Source of the DNA: a virus
DNA: 37,467 bases
Reading direction: 5' to 3' (one strand)
UHGV virus genome: UHGV-0220213
Under the pieces are notes generated by a model. The model was not told the DNA's origin. It was given only the letters and a program-made list of their open reading frames with translations, and searched no databases. Position 1 is the stretch's first letter; each line of letters starts with the position of its first letter. Of the stretch, positions 8,794 through 17,972 are shown piece by piece. The translations under genes and the position numbers were made by a program.

Positions 8794-9216
8794 ATGCAGC
8801 ATGATTTATTTGAACACGATCCGGCAATTCGCCAGTTAATCGGACATATTGATAACATCCCGGCCCCGGAACTGGAATCACGCTGGCCCCGTTCGGTGGT
8901 TGATCTGATTGATGTTCTGGAAAACGAACTGAAACGCCAGAACGTCAGCAATCCCCGTGAGCTTGCCCGTAAACAGGCCGTTGCCCTGTCCTGTTTTCTG
9001 GGCGGGCGGCAGTTTTACATCCCCTGCGGCGATACGATCCTGACCGCGTTACGCGACGATTTGCTTTACTGCCAGTTCAATGGTCGTAACATGGAAGAAC
9101 TGCGTCGCCAGTATCGCCTGTCCCAGCCGCAGATCTACCAGATTATTGCCCGCCAGAGAAAGCTGCATACACGACGTCATCAGCCTGATCTGTTCTCACC
9201 TGAAAGCCAGAAATAA
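8794..9216 (+). CDS. C: C, late-gene transcription activator (140 aa)
   Basis: 140 aa; Mor/C family with conserved C-terminal DNA-binding region. Confidence 0.88.
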   Translation: MQHDLFEHDPAIRQLIGHIDNIPAPELESRWPRSVVDLIDVLENELKRQNVSNPRELARKQAVALSCFLGGRQFYIPCGDTILTALRDDLLYCQFNGRNMEELRRQYRLSQPQIYQIIARQRKLHTRRHQPDLFSPESQK

Positions 9217-9240
9217 CCGGCATCCTGCCGGTTATTTCCT
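9215..9240 (+). terminator. Hairpin after C (possible middle-transcript terminator)
   Basis: Stem AACCGGCA / TGCCGGTT with loop TCC, followed by ATTTCCT (weak U-tract). Confidence 0.5.
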
Positions 9241-9307
9241 GTCACCATAATCCCGCACCTGCCATCTGATTTTTTAGACTGCCATCAGAGCATTTTTTCA
9301 GGGAAGC
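9241..9307 (+). promoter_or_regulatory. Candidate C-dependent late promoter Plys
   Basis: Intergenic region directly upstream of the endolysin gene. Assigned by position only. Confidence 0.4.
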
Positions 9308-9826
9308 ATGATGGCGGGAATACCAAAAAAACTGAAAGCCGCACTGCTGGCGGCAACGATTGCCGGTGGCGGTGTGGGGGGTTATCAGGAAATGACCCGT
9401 CAGTCTCTGATCCATCTGGAAAATATCGCTTATATGCCTTACCGCGATATTGCCGGTGTGCTTACGGTCTGTGTGGGACATACCGGGCCGGATATCGAAA
9501 TGCGCCGTTACAGCCATGCGGAGTGTATGGCTCTTCTCGACAGTGATTTAAAACCGGTTTATGCGGCAATCGATCGTCTTGTCAGGGTGCCGCTGACGCC
9601 ATATCAGAAAACGGCGCTGGCAACGTTTATTTTCAACACCGGTGTTACCGCATTCAGTAAATCAACGCTGCTGAAAAAACTCAATGCCGGTGATTACGCC
9701 GGAGCGCGTGACCAGATGGCCCGCTGGGTGTTTGCCGCAGGCCATAAATGGAAAGGACTGATGAACCGTCGCGAAGTGGAAATGGCTATCTGGAATATCA
9801 GGGGGGCGGATGACCTTCGCCAGTAA
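9308..9826 (+). CDS. lys: SAR endolysin, T4-lysozyme-like glycosidase (172 aa)
   Basis: N-terminal Gly/Ala-rich weakly hydrophobic signal-anchor-release segment (AALLAATIAGGGVGG), then a lysozyme-like domain. Confidence 0.85.
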   Translation: MMAGIPKKLKAALLAATIAGGGVGGYQEMTRQSLIHLENIAYMPYRDIAGVLTVCVGHTGPDIEMRRYSHAECMALLDSDLKPVYAAIDRLVRVPLTPYQKTALATFIFNTGVTAFSKSTLLKKLNAGDYAGARDQMARWVFAAGHKWKGLMNRREVEMAIWNIRGADDLRQ

Positions 9827-10196
9827 AAGTTTACTGCTGGCAGCCGTGTTTGCCGCCGTTCTGTCCGGGGTGTTGTGGCACAGGCTGGACAGCACCCGCC
9901 ACGATAACCAGACGCTGCGCCGTGAATTACAGACGGAGCAACAGGCCCGCAACACGGCTGAATGGTTGTTACACGGTCAGGAACAGACGATGCAGGTATT
10001 TTCCGCTATCCGTGCCGCAAATCGTGCCGCGCGGCTGGCAGACGAGACAGAACATCATGATGCAAAACAAAAAATTACAACCGCCATTACCGGTGACAAT
10101 TGCAGCACTCGTCCTGTGCCTGCCGTTGCTGCTGACAGGTTGCGGGAACTCGAAAAACGCACCCGTGCCATCGGTGGTGATCCTGCCCGAAACTGA
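9810..10196 (+). CDS. i-spanin, inner-membrane spanin subunit (128 aa)
   Basis: N-terminal TM helix (LLLAAVFAAVLSGVLW) then charged, coiled-coil-like periplasmic region; directly after lys. Confidence 0.7.
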   Translation: MTFASKSLLLAAVFAAVLSGVLWHRLDSTRHDNQTLRRELQTEQQARNTAEWLLHGQEQTMQVFSAIRAANRAARLADETEHHDAKQKITTAITGDNCSTRPVPAVAADRLRELEKRTRAIGGDPARN

Positions 10197-10398
10197 TGCA
10201 GAACTGACGGAAGCAACGCCCGTTCCGCCCACGCCACAGCCCCTGACGTGGGGAGCATCCCTTCTCTGGAATGCTGACCTGTTGATGGCGCTCGGGCAGT
10301 GCAACCGCGACAAGGCATCAGTCCGGGAACAGGAGACCCGAAGGAAAGAAATTTATGAACGAAGACCAGAACCGGGCGGTGGCGCTGCTGCTCGCTGA
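10057..10398 (+). CDS. o-spanin, outer-membrane lipoprotein spanin subunit (about 113 aa)
   Basis: Lipobox LLTGC after a signal peptide; starts inside the 3' end of the i-spanin gene in another frame; Pro-rich periplasmic part. Confidence 0.65.
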   Translation: MMQNKKLQPPLPVTIAALVLCLPLLLTGCGNSKNAPVPSVVILPETDAELTEATPVPPTPQPLTWGASLLWNADLLMALGQCNRDKASVREQETRRKEIYERRPEPGGGAAAR

Positions 10399-10549
10399 AC
10401 TCTGGCAGGGGGATACCCGTGATATTCCCCGCCCGGCGGCGTATGACCCGCCTGTATTGTGTGCCGGTTGCGGTCGTGAGCTGCGGCCTGATGTGCTGAG
10501 ACAGCAGCCGATGGCGAACTACTGCCACTGGTGCCGTGGAGCAGAATAA
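10355..10549 (+). CDS. Small protein with CxxC...CxxC (64 aa, Mu gp24-like position)
   Basis: ORF containing CAGCG and CHWCRG motifs. Confidence 0.5.
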   Translation: MNEDQNRAVALLLAELWQGDTRDIPRPAAYDPPVLCAGCGRELRPDVLRQQPMANYCHWCRGAE

Positions 10550-10848
10550 TGGATTTGATTTCAGTTTTAGCGTTATGGCCTTACCTGTTGCCTGTTGTGG
10601 CCGGTGGAGCCGTCTGGGCAATGCGTCGTAGTTTTGCCAGCACTGAGCGTGTGGAGCGTCTTGAAAACCGGATGACCGAAATGGAAACCCGCTACGCCAG
10701 CATCCCTGGCACAGAAGATGTACACGAAATGCGCCTGCGAATTGCAGAGCTGTCCGGCGATATCCGGGTGCTGTCCCAGCGGGTGCAGTCATTTTCCCAT
10801 CAACTGGAGCTGCTGCTTGAAAACGCAGTAAACCGGAGTAATTCATGA
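10549..10848 (+). CDS. Membrane-anchored lysis protein (Mu gp25 releasin-like, about 99 aa)
   Basis: N-terminal TM helix then coiled-coil region; last gene of the lysis cluster. Alternative start at 10531. Confidence 0.6.
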   Translation: MDLISVLALWPYLLPVVAGGAVWAMRRSFASTERVERLENRMTEMETRYASIPGTEDVHEMRLRIAELSGDIRVLSQRVQSFSHQLELLLENAVNRSNS

Positions 10849-11135
10849 TTAACGATATTCTGACCGAAGACCGTCGTCTGGTCATCCTGCGTTCCCTGAT
10901 GGACTGCAATAACGAAGCAAACGAATCCATCCTTCAGGACTGTCTGGATGCATACGGACACAACGTTTCCCGCGATGTGGTTCGCGGCCAGATTGACTGG
11001 CTGGCAGAGCAGCAACTGGTCACCGTGGAAAACCTGCGCGGCTTTTATGTCGTAACGCTGACCTCCCGAGGTCAGGATGTGGCGGAAGGTCGTGCCCGCG
11101 TTGCCGGTGTCAAGCGTCCTCGTCCCCGTGCATGA
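10845..11135 (+). CDS. Mu gp26-like protein (96 aa)
   Basis: ORF overlapping both neighbours by a few nt. Confidence 0.6.
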   Translation: MINDILTEDRRLVILRSLMDCNNEANESILQDCLDAYGHNVSRDVVRGQIDWLAEQQLVTVENLRGFYVVTLTSRGQDVAEGRARVAGVKRPRPRA

Positions 11136-11146
11136 CAGGAGGCGTG

Positions 11147-11722
11147 ATGGACAGGAAAACACGGGGCCGGGCTTCAAAAGTGGATTTACTGCCGGAAAAC
11201 GTACGTAAAACGCTGCATGAAATGCTGCGTGATAAAGCGATCCCACAGGCCCGCATTCTGGAAGAAATTAACGTACTGATTGAAGACGCTGGCCTGCCGG
11301 ATGAGATGAAACTCTCCCGTTCCGGTCTGAACCGTTACGCGACGAACGTCGAGCAGGTAGGCCATAACCTGCGACAGATGCGTGAAATGACGTCAGCACT
11401 GACCGCAGAACTTGGTGACAAGCCAATGGGAGAAACCACAAAGCTGATTCTGGAAATGGCCCGCAGCCAGCTTTTTAAGGCCATGATGCGGCAAATCGAA
11501 AACCCGGAATCTGACGTGGATATTGACCTGCTGAAAAATGCCATGCTGGCGGCACAGCGTCTGGAATCCACGGCAATGTCCAGCCACCGGCGCGAGAAAG
11601 AAATCCGCCAGGCATTCGCAGAAGAAGCGGCAAACGCCGTCAGTGAAGAACTGCGCGGGCAGGATGGCATCAGCGAAGAGCTGGAGCAGCGTATCCGTGA
11701 TGTGCTGCTGGGTAAGGCATGA
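11147..11722 (+). CDS. Putative terminase small subunit (Mu gp27-like, about 191 aa)
   Basis: Perfect SD AGGAGG four nt before the ATG at 11147 (alternative start 11132); immediately upstream of the large terminase. Confidence 0.7.
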   Translation: MDRKTRGRASKVDLLPENVRKTLHEMLRDKAIPQARILEEINVLIEDAGLPDEMKLSRSGLNRYATNVEQVGHNLRQMREMTSALTAELGDKPMGETTKLILEMARSQLFKAMMRQIENPESDVDIDLLKNAMLAAQRLESTAMSSHRREKEIRQAFAEEAANAVSEELRGQDGISEELEQRIRDVLLGKA

Positions 11723-11729
11723 GAGGGTT

Positions 11730-13385
11730 ATGAACACCAGAGAAAACAATCTTAAAGCCCTTCATGCCCCCCGAAAAATCGACCTGCGTGAGGAAGCCGA
11801 ACTGCTGGGCGTGAATATCGTTACCGATATCGGGGAAGCACAGCCCCGCAATGAACCGGTTTTTCTGGGTTATCAGCGCCGCTGGTTTGAGGATGAAAGC
11901 CAGATTTGTATTGCTGAAAAATCCCGTCGTACCGGTCTGACATGGGCCGAAGCGGGCCGCAATGTCATGACGGCCGCAAAGCCGAGGCGTCGCGGTGGTC
12001 GCAACGTCTTTTATGTGGGGTCCCGTCAGGAAATGGCGCTGGAATACATTGCCGCCTGTGCCCTGTTTGCCCGCGCCTTTAACCAACTGGCAAAGGCTGA
12101 CGTATGGGAGCAGACCTTCTGGGACAGCGACAAAAAAGAAGAAATCCTCACTTATATGATCCGTTTCCCTAACAGCGGATTTAAGGTGCAGGCGCTGTCA
12201 AGCCGTCCGTCTAACCTGCGTGGTTTGCAGGGGGACGTGGTGATTGATGAGGCGGCATTTCATGAAGCCCTGGACGAACTCCTGAAAGCGGCTTTTGCTC
12301 TCACCATGTGGGGTGCCCGCGTGCGGATCATATCGACACATAACGGCGTCGATAATCTGTTTAATCAGTACATTCAGGATGCGCGCGAGGGGCGCAAGGA
12401 TTACAGCGTTCACCGCATCACGCTGGATGATGCCATCGCTGACGGGTTGTACCGACGTATCTGTTACGTCACGAATCAGCCGTGGTCGCCGGAAGCGGAA
12501 AAAGCCTGGCGTGATGGCCTGTACCGGAATGCGCCGAATAAAGAGAGTGCCGACGAGGAATACGGCTGCATTCCAAAAAAATCCGGGGGCGCTTATCTGT
12601 CACGCGTGCTGATTGAAGCCGCCATGACGCCAGTGCGGGATATCCCGATTCTGCGTTTTGAAGCCCCGGACGATTTTGAATCGCTGACACCACAAATGCG
12701 CCACGGCATCGTTCAGGACTGGTGTGAACAGGAGCTGCTCCCGTTGCTCGATGCGCTGTCGCCGCTCAATAAACACGTACTGGGCGAAGACTTTGCACGC
12801 CGTGGCGACCTGACGGTGTTTGTGCCGCTTGCCATCACTCCTGACTTACGCAAACGCGAATGTTTCCGCGTGGAGCTGCGTAATGTGACCTATGACCAGC
12901 AGCGACAAATCCTTTTATTCATTCTGTCCCGTTTGCCCCGTTTTACCGGCGCTGCATTTGATGCCACCGGTAACGGCGGTTATCTGGCAGAAGCCGCCCG
13001 TCTGATTTATGGCCCGGAGATGATCGACTGCATCAGTCTGACCGCCGCCTGGTATCAGGAGTGGATGCCGAAACTGAAAGGCGAGTTTGAAGCGCAGAAC
13101 ATCACGATTGCCCGGCATCAGACCACACTCGATGACCTGCTTCATATCAAGGTGGACAAAGGTATTCCGCAGATTGATAAGGGGCGCACAAAAGATGAAA
13201 GCGGTAAAGGCCGACGACATGGTGACTTTGCCGTGGCGCTCTGTATGGCTGTCAGGGCGTCTTATATGAATGGTTTTGTTATCGACGAGGACAGCATACA
13301 GGCGCTGCCACCACGCCACCGTGGTGATGATGTTGATAACGATGATTTTGATGATTATCACCAGTTTGAACGAGGGGGCTGGTAA
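11730..13385 (+). CDS. Terminase large subunit (Mu gp28-like, about 551 aa)
   Basis: ATG at 11730 in frame of track ORF 11538-13385; size and position as Mu gp28. Confidence 0.85.
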   Translation: MNTRENNLKALHAPRKIDLREEAELLGVNIVTDIGEAQPRNEPVFLGYQRRWFEDESQICIAEKSRRTGLTWAEAGRNVMTAAKPRRRGGRNVFYVGSRQEMALEYIAACALFARAFNQLAKADVWEQTFWDSDKKEEILTYMIRFPNSGFKVQALSSRPSNLRGLQGDVVIDEAAFHEALDELLKAAFALTMWGARVRIISTHNGVDNLFNQYIQDAREGRKDYSVHRITLDDAIADGLYRRICYVTNQPWSPEAEKAWRDGLYRNAPNKESADEEYGCIPKKSGGAYLSRVLIEAAMTPVRDIPILRFEAPDDFESLTPQMRHGIVQDWCEQELLPLLDALSPLNKHVLGEDFARRGDLTVFVPLAITPDLRKRECFRVELRNVTYDQQRQILLFILSRLPRFTGAAFDATGNGGYLAEAARLIYGPEMIDCISLTAAWYQEWMPKLKGEFEAQNITIARHQTTLDDLLHIKVDKGIPQIDKGRTKDESGKGRRHGDFAVALCMAVRASYMNGFVIDEDSIQALPPRHRGDDVDNDDFDDYHQFERGGW

Positions 13386-14923
13386 TGGGCCGTATTCTGG
13401 ATATTTCCGGGCAGCCGTTTGATTTTGACGATGAAATGCAGACCCGCAGCGATGAGCTGGCAATGGTCATGAAGCGCACGCAGGAGCATCCTTCCAGTGG
13501 TGTGACGCCGAACCGGGCCGCGCAGATGCTGCGTGATGCCGAACGCGGTGATCTGACAGCACAGGCTGACCTGGCCTTTGATATGGAAGAAAAGGACACC
13601 CACCTTTTTTCCGAACTGAGCAAGCGCCGCCTTGCCATTCAGGCGCTGGAATGGCGCATCGCTCCGGCACGTGATGCCAGCGCACAGGAGAAAAAAGACG
13701 CCGACATGCTGAATGAATATCTGCATGATGCGGCGTGGTTTGAAGATGCCCTGTTTGATGCCGGTGATGCCATTCTCAAGGGTTATTCCATGCAGGAGAT
13801 TGAATGGGGCTGGCTGGGCAAAATGCGCGTGCCGGTGGCGCTGCATCATCGCGATCCGGCGCTGTTCTGCGCGAACCCCGATAATCTGAACGAATTACGT
13901 CTGCGTGATACGTCTTATCACGGGCTGGAGCTGCAACCGTTCGGCTGGTTTATGCACCGGGCCAAATCCCGCACCGGGTATGTTGGCACCAATGGCCTTG
14001 TGCGCACGCTTATCTGGCCTTTTATTTTTAAAAACTATTCCGTGCGTGATTTTGCAGAGTTTCTGGAAATTTACGGACTCCCCATGCGCGTCGGTAAATA
14101 TCCGACCGGCTCCACAAACCGTGAGAAAGCCACGCTGATGCAGGCCGTGATGGATATCGGGCGACGTGCCGGTGGCATTATTCCGATGGGGATGACGCTG
14201 GATTTTCAGAGCGCCGCAGATGGTCAGTCAGACCCCTTTATGGCGATGATTGGCTGGGCAGAAAAAGCGATTTCAAAAGCCATTCTGGGCGGCACCCTGA
14301 CCACAGAGGCCGGCGATAAAGGTGCACGGTCGCTGGGTGAAGTGCATGATGAGGTTCGCCGGGAAATCCGTAACGCGGATGTGGGCCAGCTTGCCCGCAG
14401 TATTAACCGTGACCTGATTTATCCCCTGCTGGCACTGAACAGTGACAGCACCATTGATATTAACCGCCTGCCGGGCATTGTATTTGATACCAGTGAAGCG
14501 GGTGATATTACGGCACTGTCTGACGCCATTCCGAAACTGGCGGCGGGAATGCGTATTCCGGTCTCCTGGATACAGGAAAAACTCCATATTCCGCAGCCGG
14601 TCGGTGATGAAGCCGTGTTTACTGCTCAACCGGTCGTCATGGATAACGGTCCGCAGAAAGAGGCCGCATTATCCGCTGAAGATATCCCGCAGGAGGATGA
14701 TATCGACCGGATGGGCGTCTCACCGGAAGACTGGCAGTGTTCGGTTGATCCCCTGCTGAAACCCGTCATTTTTTCTGTGCTGAAAGATGGCCCGGAAGCC
14801 GCCATGAACAAAGCTGCTTCATTATATCCGCAGATGGATGATGCAGAACTTATCGACATGCTGACCCGTGCCATTTTTGTTGCCGATATATGGGGGCGTC
14901 TGGATGCCGCAGCAGACCATTGA
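13385..14923 (+). CDS. H: Portal protein (512 aa)
   Basis: 512 aa as Mu portal gp29; follows the terminase. Confidence 0.88.
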   Translation: MGRILDISGQPFDFDDEMQTRSDELAMVMKRTQEHPSSGVTPNRAAQMLRDAERGDLTAQADLAFDMEEKDTHLFSELSKRRLAIQALEWRIAPARDASAQEKKDADMLNEYLHDAAWFEDALFDAGDAILKGYSMQEIEWGWLGKMRVPVALHHRDPALFCANPDNLNELRLRDTSYHGLELQPFGWFMHRAKSRTGYVGTNGLVRTLIWPFIFKNYSVRDFAEFLEIYGLPMRVGKYPTGSTNREKATLMQAVMDIGRRAGGIIPMGMTLDFQSAADGQSDPFMAMIGWAEKAISKAILGGTLTTEAGDKGARSLGEVHDEVRREIRNADVGQLARSINRDLIYPLLALNSDSTIDINRLPGIVFDTSEAGDITALSDAIPKLAAGMRIPVSWIQEKLHIPQPVGDEAVFTAQPVVMDNGPQKEAALSAEDIPQEDDIDRMGVSPEDWQCSVDPLLKPVIFSVLKDGPEAAMNKAASLYPQMDDAELIDMLTRAIFVADIWGRLDAAADH

Positions 14924-16223
14924 TCTGGCGTATGCCGCACGCCTCCCGCCAAAGGAGGCTGTCGCGTATTTCCGCGCCAAAGGCTACAACATCACCTGGA
15001 ACTGGTACGAACAACTGGCAGACGCGCACGCACGCGCCTTTACCGTTGCCAAAGCCACCCGGATGGATGTACTGACCACAATCCGTGAGGAAGTGGAGCG
15101 GGCTGTCAGTGAAGGCATCACCCGTGAGGAATTTACCCGCACACTGGCCCCCCGGCTGCAAAAACTCGGATGGTGGGGAAAACAAATCATCGTGGATGCA
15201 GAGGGAAACGCGAAGGAAATCGAACTGGGCAGTCCGCGTCGTCTGGCAACCATTTATGACGTCAACACCCGTACAGCATATGCGGCGGGACGTTATGCGC
15301 AGATGATGAACACGGCGGACCTGTATCCGTTCTGGCAGTACGTTGTTGTCGAAGATGGCAGAACGCGCCCGGAACACCTCTTGCTGCGCAATATGGTTTT
15401 CCGGTGTGACGATATTTTCTGGCAGACGCATTACCCGCCGAACGGCTGGCGCTGCCGCTGTCGCGTCCGGGCGCTGTCTGCGGCCCGCATGAAAGAGCTG
15501 GGGTTACAGGTCAGTTATGGTGCGTCATTCATGAATACCCGCGAAGTGGATGCCGGTACGGATGAAAGCACCGGAGAGATTTTCCGCACATCGTCAACCA
15601 CGTTTGACAACGGTCGGGTAAAAATGACGCCGGATGTGGGCTGGTCATATAACCCCGGTTCGGCGGCATTTGGTACGGATCAGGCACTGATTCGAAAACT
15701 GGTGGAAGTTCGTGACGCGCAGCTGCGTGAGCAGGTTGTTCAGACGCTGAATAACAGCCGGGAGCGTCAGCTTGCTTTTTCCCTCTGGCTTAAACGCCTG
15801 GCAGGATCACGTCAGACCGGTCATGAAATCCGGGCGCTGGGGTTTATGACGGGATCCGTGGCTGAAGCCGTATATCAGCGCACCGGGAATATGCCAGCCC
15901 GTCTGCTTGTAATGAACGGGAAAAGTCTGGCGACCACTGCTGATGCCGCCCTGAAACCGGAAGATTTACAGCGTCTGCCGTCGCTGATGGCAAAACCACA
16001 GGCGGTATTGTGGGACAGGGAGAACCACCAGTTGCTGTATGTTGTGGCAACCCGTGACGGCACGGCCCGGATTGTGGTCAGAACATCACAGACAGTCGGC
16101 AGGCAGAATGACCGGGCGGATGTGCTGGTCAGTATCAGCCGCGTATCTGCACAGTCGCTTGAAGCCGCGATTGCTGACGGGATGATTGACATACTGGAGG
16201 GGCATGTGGAGGTGAATAAGTGA
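14904..16223 (+). CDS. F: Head morphogenesis protein F (Mu gp30-like)
   Basis: ATG at 14904 (alternative GTG at 14868); follows the portal gene. Confidence 0.8.
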   Translation: MPQQTIDLAYAARLPPKEAVAYFRAKGYNITWNWYEQLADAHARAFTVAKATRMDVLTTIREEVERAVSEGITREEFTRTLAPRLQKLGWWGKQIIVDAEGNAKEIELGSPRRLATIYDVNTRTAYAAGRYAQMMNTADLYPFWQYVVVEDGRTRPEHLLLRNMVFRCDDIFWQTHYPPNGWRCRCRVRALSAARMKELGLQVSYGASFMNTREVDAGTDESTGEIFRTSSTTFDNGRVKMTPDVGWSYNPGSAAFGTDQALIRKLVEVRDAQLREQVVQTLNNSRERQLAFSLWLKRLAGSRQTGHEIRALGFMTGSVAEAVYQRTGNMPARLLVMNGKSLATTADAALKPEDLQRLPSLMAKPQAVLWDRENHQLLYVVATRDGTARIVVRTSQTVGRQNDRADVLVSISRVSAQSLEAAIADGMIDILEGHVEVNK

Positions 16224-16690
16224 GTCTTGATATGAACGTTGCCGTGGATGTGCGACGTATTCAGCTTGCGCTGGATGAACTGGGAACCGTCACACATGAC
16301 CGCGTCATTCCCCGTGTGATGGCTGCGGCGCTGCTGTCATCCACGGAACAGGCATTTGAACGGCAGGCAGACCCGGATACAGGGAAAGGCTGGGAAGCGT
16401 GGAGCGATTCGTGGCTGGCATGGCGTCAGGATCATGGTTTTGTTCCGGGCAGTATCCTTACCCTGCATGGCGATCTGGCACGCAGCATTACCACCGATTA
16501 TGGACAGGATTATGCCCTGATTGGTTCGCCAAAAATTTATGCTGCCATTCATCAGTGGGGCGGTACACCCGATATGGCACCCCGCCCGGCAGGCGTTCCT
16601 GCGCGTCCTTATATGGGGCTGGATAAGACCGGGGAACAGGAAATTTTTGATGCCATCAGAAAACGCGTCAGCGCCGCTCTGAGGCAATAA
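16220..16690 (+). CDS. G: Virion morphogenesis protein G (156 aa)
   Basis: 156 aa; overlaps the F stop (GTGA); Mu G position. Confidence 0.8.
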   Translation: MSLDMNVAVDVRRIQLALDELGTVTHDRVIPRVMAAALLSSTEQAFERQADPDTGKGWEAWSDSWLAWRQDHGFVPGSILTLHGDLARSITTDYGQDYALIGSPKIYAAIHQWGGTPDMAPRPAGVPARPYMGLDKTGEQEIFDAIRKRVSAALRQ

Positions 16691-16886
16691 ACAGAATCAG
16701 GCATAAAATCAGCCGCACAGATTTTTTAAAACGCGCCACGGGATTTTTAAACCGGTATTTAACGGTGTATGAATCCCGTTTTATCTTCCTTCCACTTTCT
16801 TTCTCCAGTACTCAAATAGCATAACCCCAGATTTTCCCGCACCTCCCGCAAACTGACTGCTCACAAACCATGATGAGCAGCAGGAC
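16691..16886. promoter_or_regulatory. Central G-I intergenic region: expected strong gyrase site (SGS) and late promoter PI
   Basis: 196 bp non-coding region between G and I, near the genome centre, as in Mu. Assigned by position; site sequence not verified. Confidence 0.5.
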
Positions 16887-17972
16887 ATGAAAAAACACGC
16901 GATTGGCATTGCCGCACTGAGTGCGCTGTCCATTGACGATGACGGCTGGTGCCAGCTATTGCCTGCCGGTCATTTCAGTGCCCGTGATGGTCGTCCGTTT
17001 GATGTGACAGGCGGTCAGGGGTGGTTCATCGACGGTGAGATTGCCGGGCGTCTGGTTGAAGGCGTTCGCGCGCTCAACCAGGACGTGCTGATTGATTACG
17101 AGCATAACCAGCTACGTAAGGACAAAGGATTACCCCCGGAACAACTCGTCGCGGCTGGCTGGTTTAACGCCGATGAAATGCAGTGGCGTGAAGGTGAAGG
17201 ATTATTTATCCACCCACGCTGGACGGCGGCGGCACAGCAGCGCATCGATGACGGCGAATTTGGTTATCTCTCTGCGGTTTTTCCGTATGACACCGCCACC
17301 GGTGCGGTGCTGCAAATCCGCCTTGCTGCGCTGACCAATGACCCCGGTGCCACCGGCATGAAAAAGCTGACCGCACTGGCGGCAGACCTTCCCGACATCC
17401 TTCAACAGGAGAACAAACCCATGAATGAAACGCTGCGCAAGCTGCTTGCGCGTCTTGGGGTGACGGTCCCCGAAAATGCAGACATCACCGATGAACAGGC
17501 CAGCGCGGCCCTGAGTGCGTTTGATGCGCTCGAAACAGATGCCGGAAAAGTGGCGTCGTTATCCGCCGAACTGGAAAAGGCACAGAACGCCGCCGTTGAC
17601 CTGACGAAATACGTCCCGGTGGAAAGCTACAACGCCGTGCTTGATGAACTGGCACAGGCCAAAGCACAAAGCGCCACTGCCAGCCTGAGCGCCGTTCTGG
17701 ACAAGGCGGAGCAGGAAGGCCGCATTTTCAAAAGCGAACGTACCTATCTGGAACAGCTTGGCGGTCAGATTGGCGTGGCGGCACTGTCGGCACAGCTTGA
17801 GAAAAAACAGCCCATCGCTGCGTTATCTGCCATGCAGACCACCACAGCGAAAATTCCGTCGCAGGAAAAACCGGCGGTGGCGGTGCTGTCTGCTGATGAA
17901 CAGGCAGCAGTGAAGGCGCTCGGCATTACAGAGGCTGAGTATCTGAAAATGAAACAGGAACAAGAAAAATGA
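16887..17972 (+). CDS. I: Head protease/scaffold I (361 aa); scaffold Z expected as an in-frame C-terminal product
   Basis: 361 aa as Mu I; Ala/Glu-rich coiled-coil C-terminal half typical of scaffold. Confidence 0.85.
   Translation: MKKHAIGIAALSALSIDDDGWCQLLPAGHFSARDGRPFDVTGGQGWFIDGEIAGRLVEGVRALNQDVLIDYEHNQLRKDKGLPPEQLVAAGWFNADEMQWREGEGLFIHPRWTAAAQQRIDDGEFGYLSAVFPYDTATGAVLQIRLAALTNDPGATGMKKLTALAADLPDILQQENKPMNETLRKLLARLGVTVPENADITDEQASAALSAFDALETDAGKVASLSAELEKAQNAAVDLTKYVPVESYNAVLDELAQAKAQSATASLSAVLDKAEQEGRIFKSERTYLEQLGGQIGVAALSAQLEKKQPIAALSAMQTTTAKIPSQEKPAVAVLSADEQAAVKALGITEAEYLKMKQEQEK

Noticed and set aside
10055-10930. Long minus-strand ORFs antisense to phage genes (for example 10055-10930, 17765-18862, 19629-20492, 21546-22355, 24254-24814, 27616-28236)
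   Set aside because: They lie fully inside well-supported + strand genes, and their translations are Cys/His/Arg/Pro-rich low-complexity strings typical of antisense frames; no RBS context supports them.
11538-11729. Upstream extension of the large terminase frame to 11538 (615-aa version)
   Set aside because: It overlaps most of the preceding gene 3' end; the ATG at 11730 directly follows that gene's stop, consistent with the coupled arrangement seen throughout.
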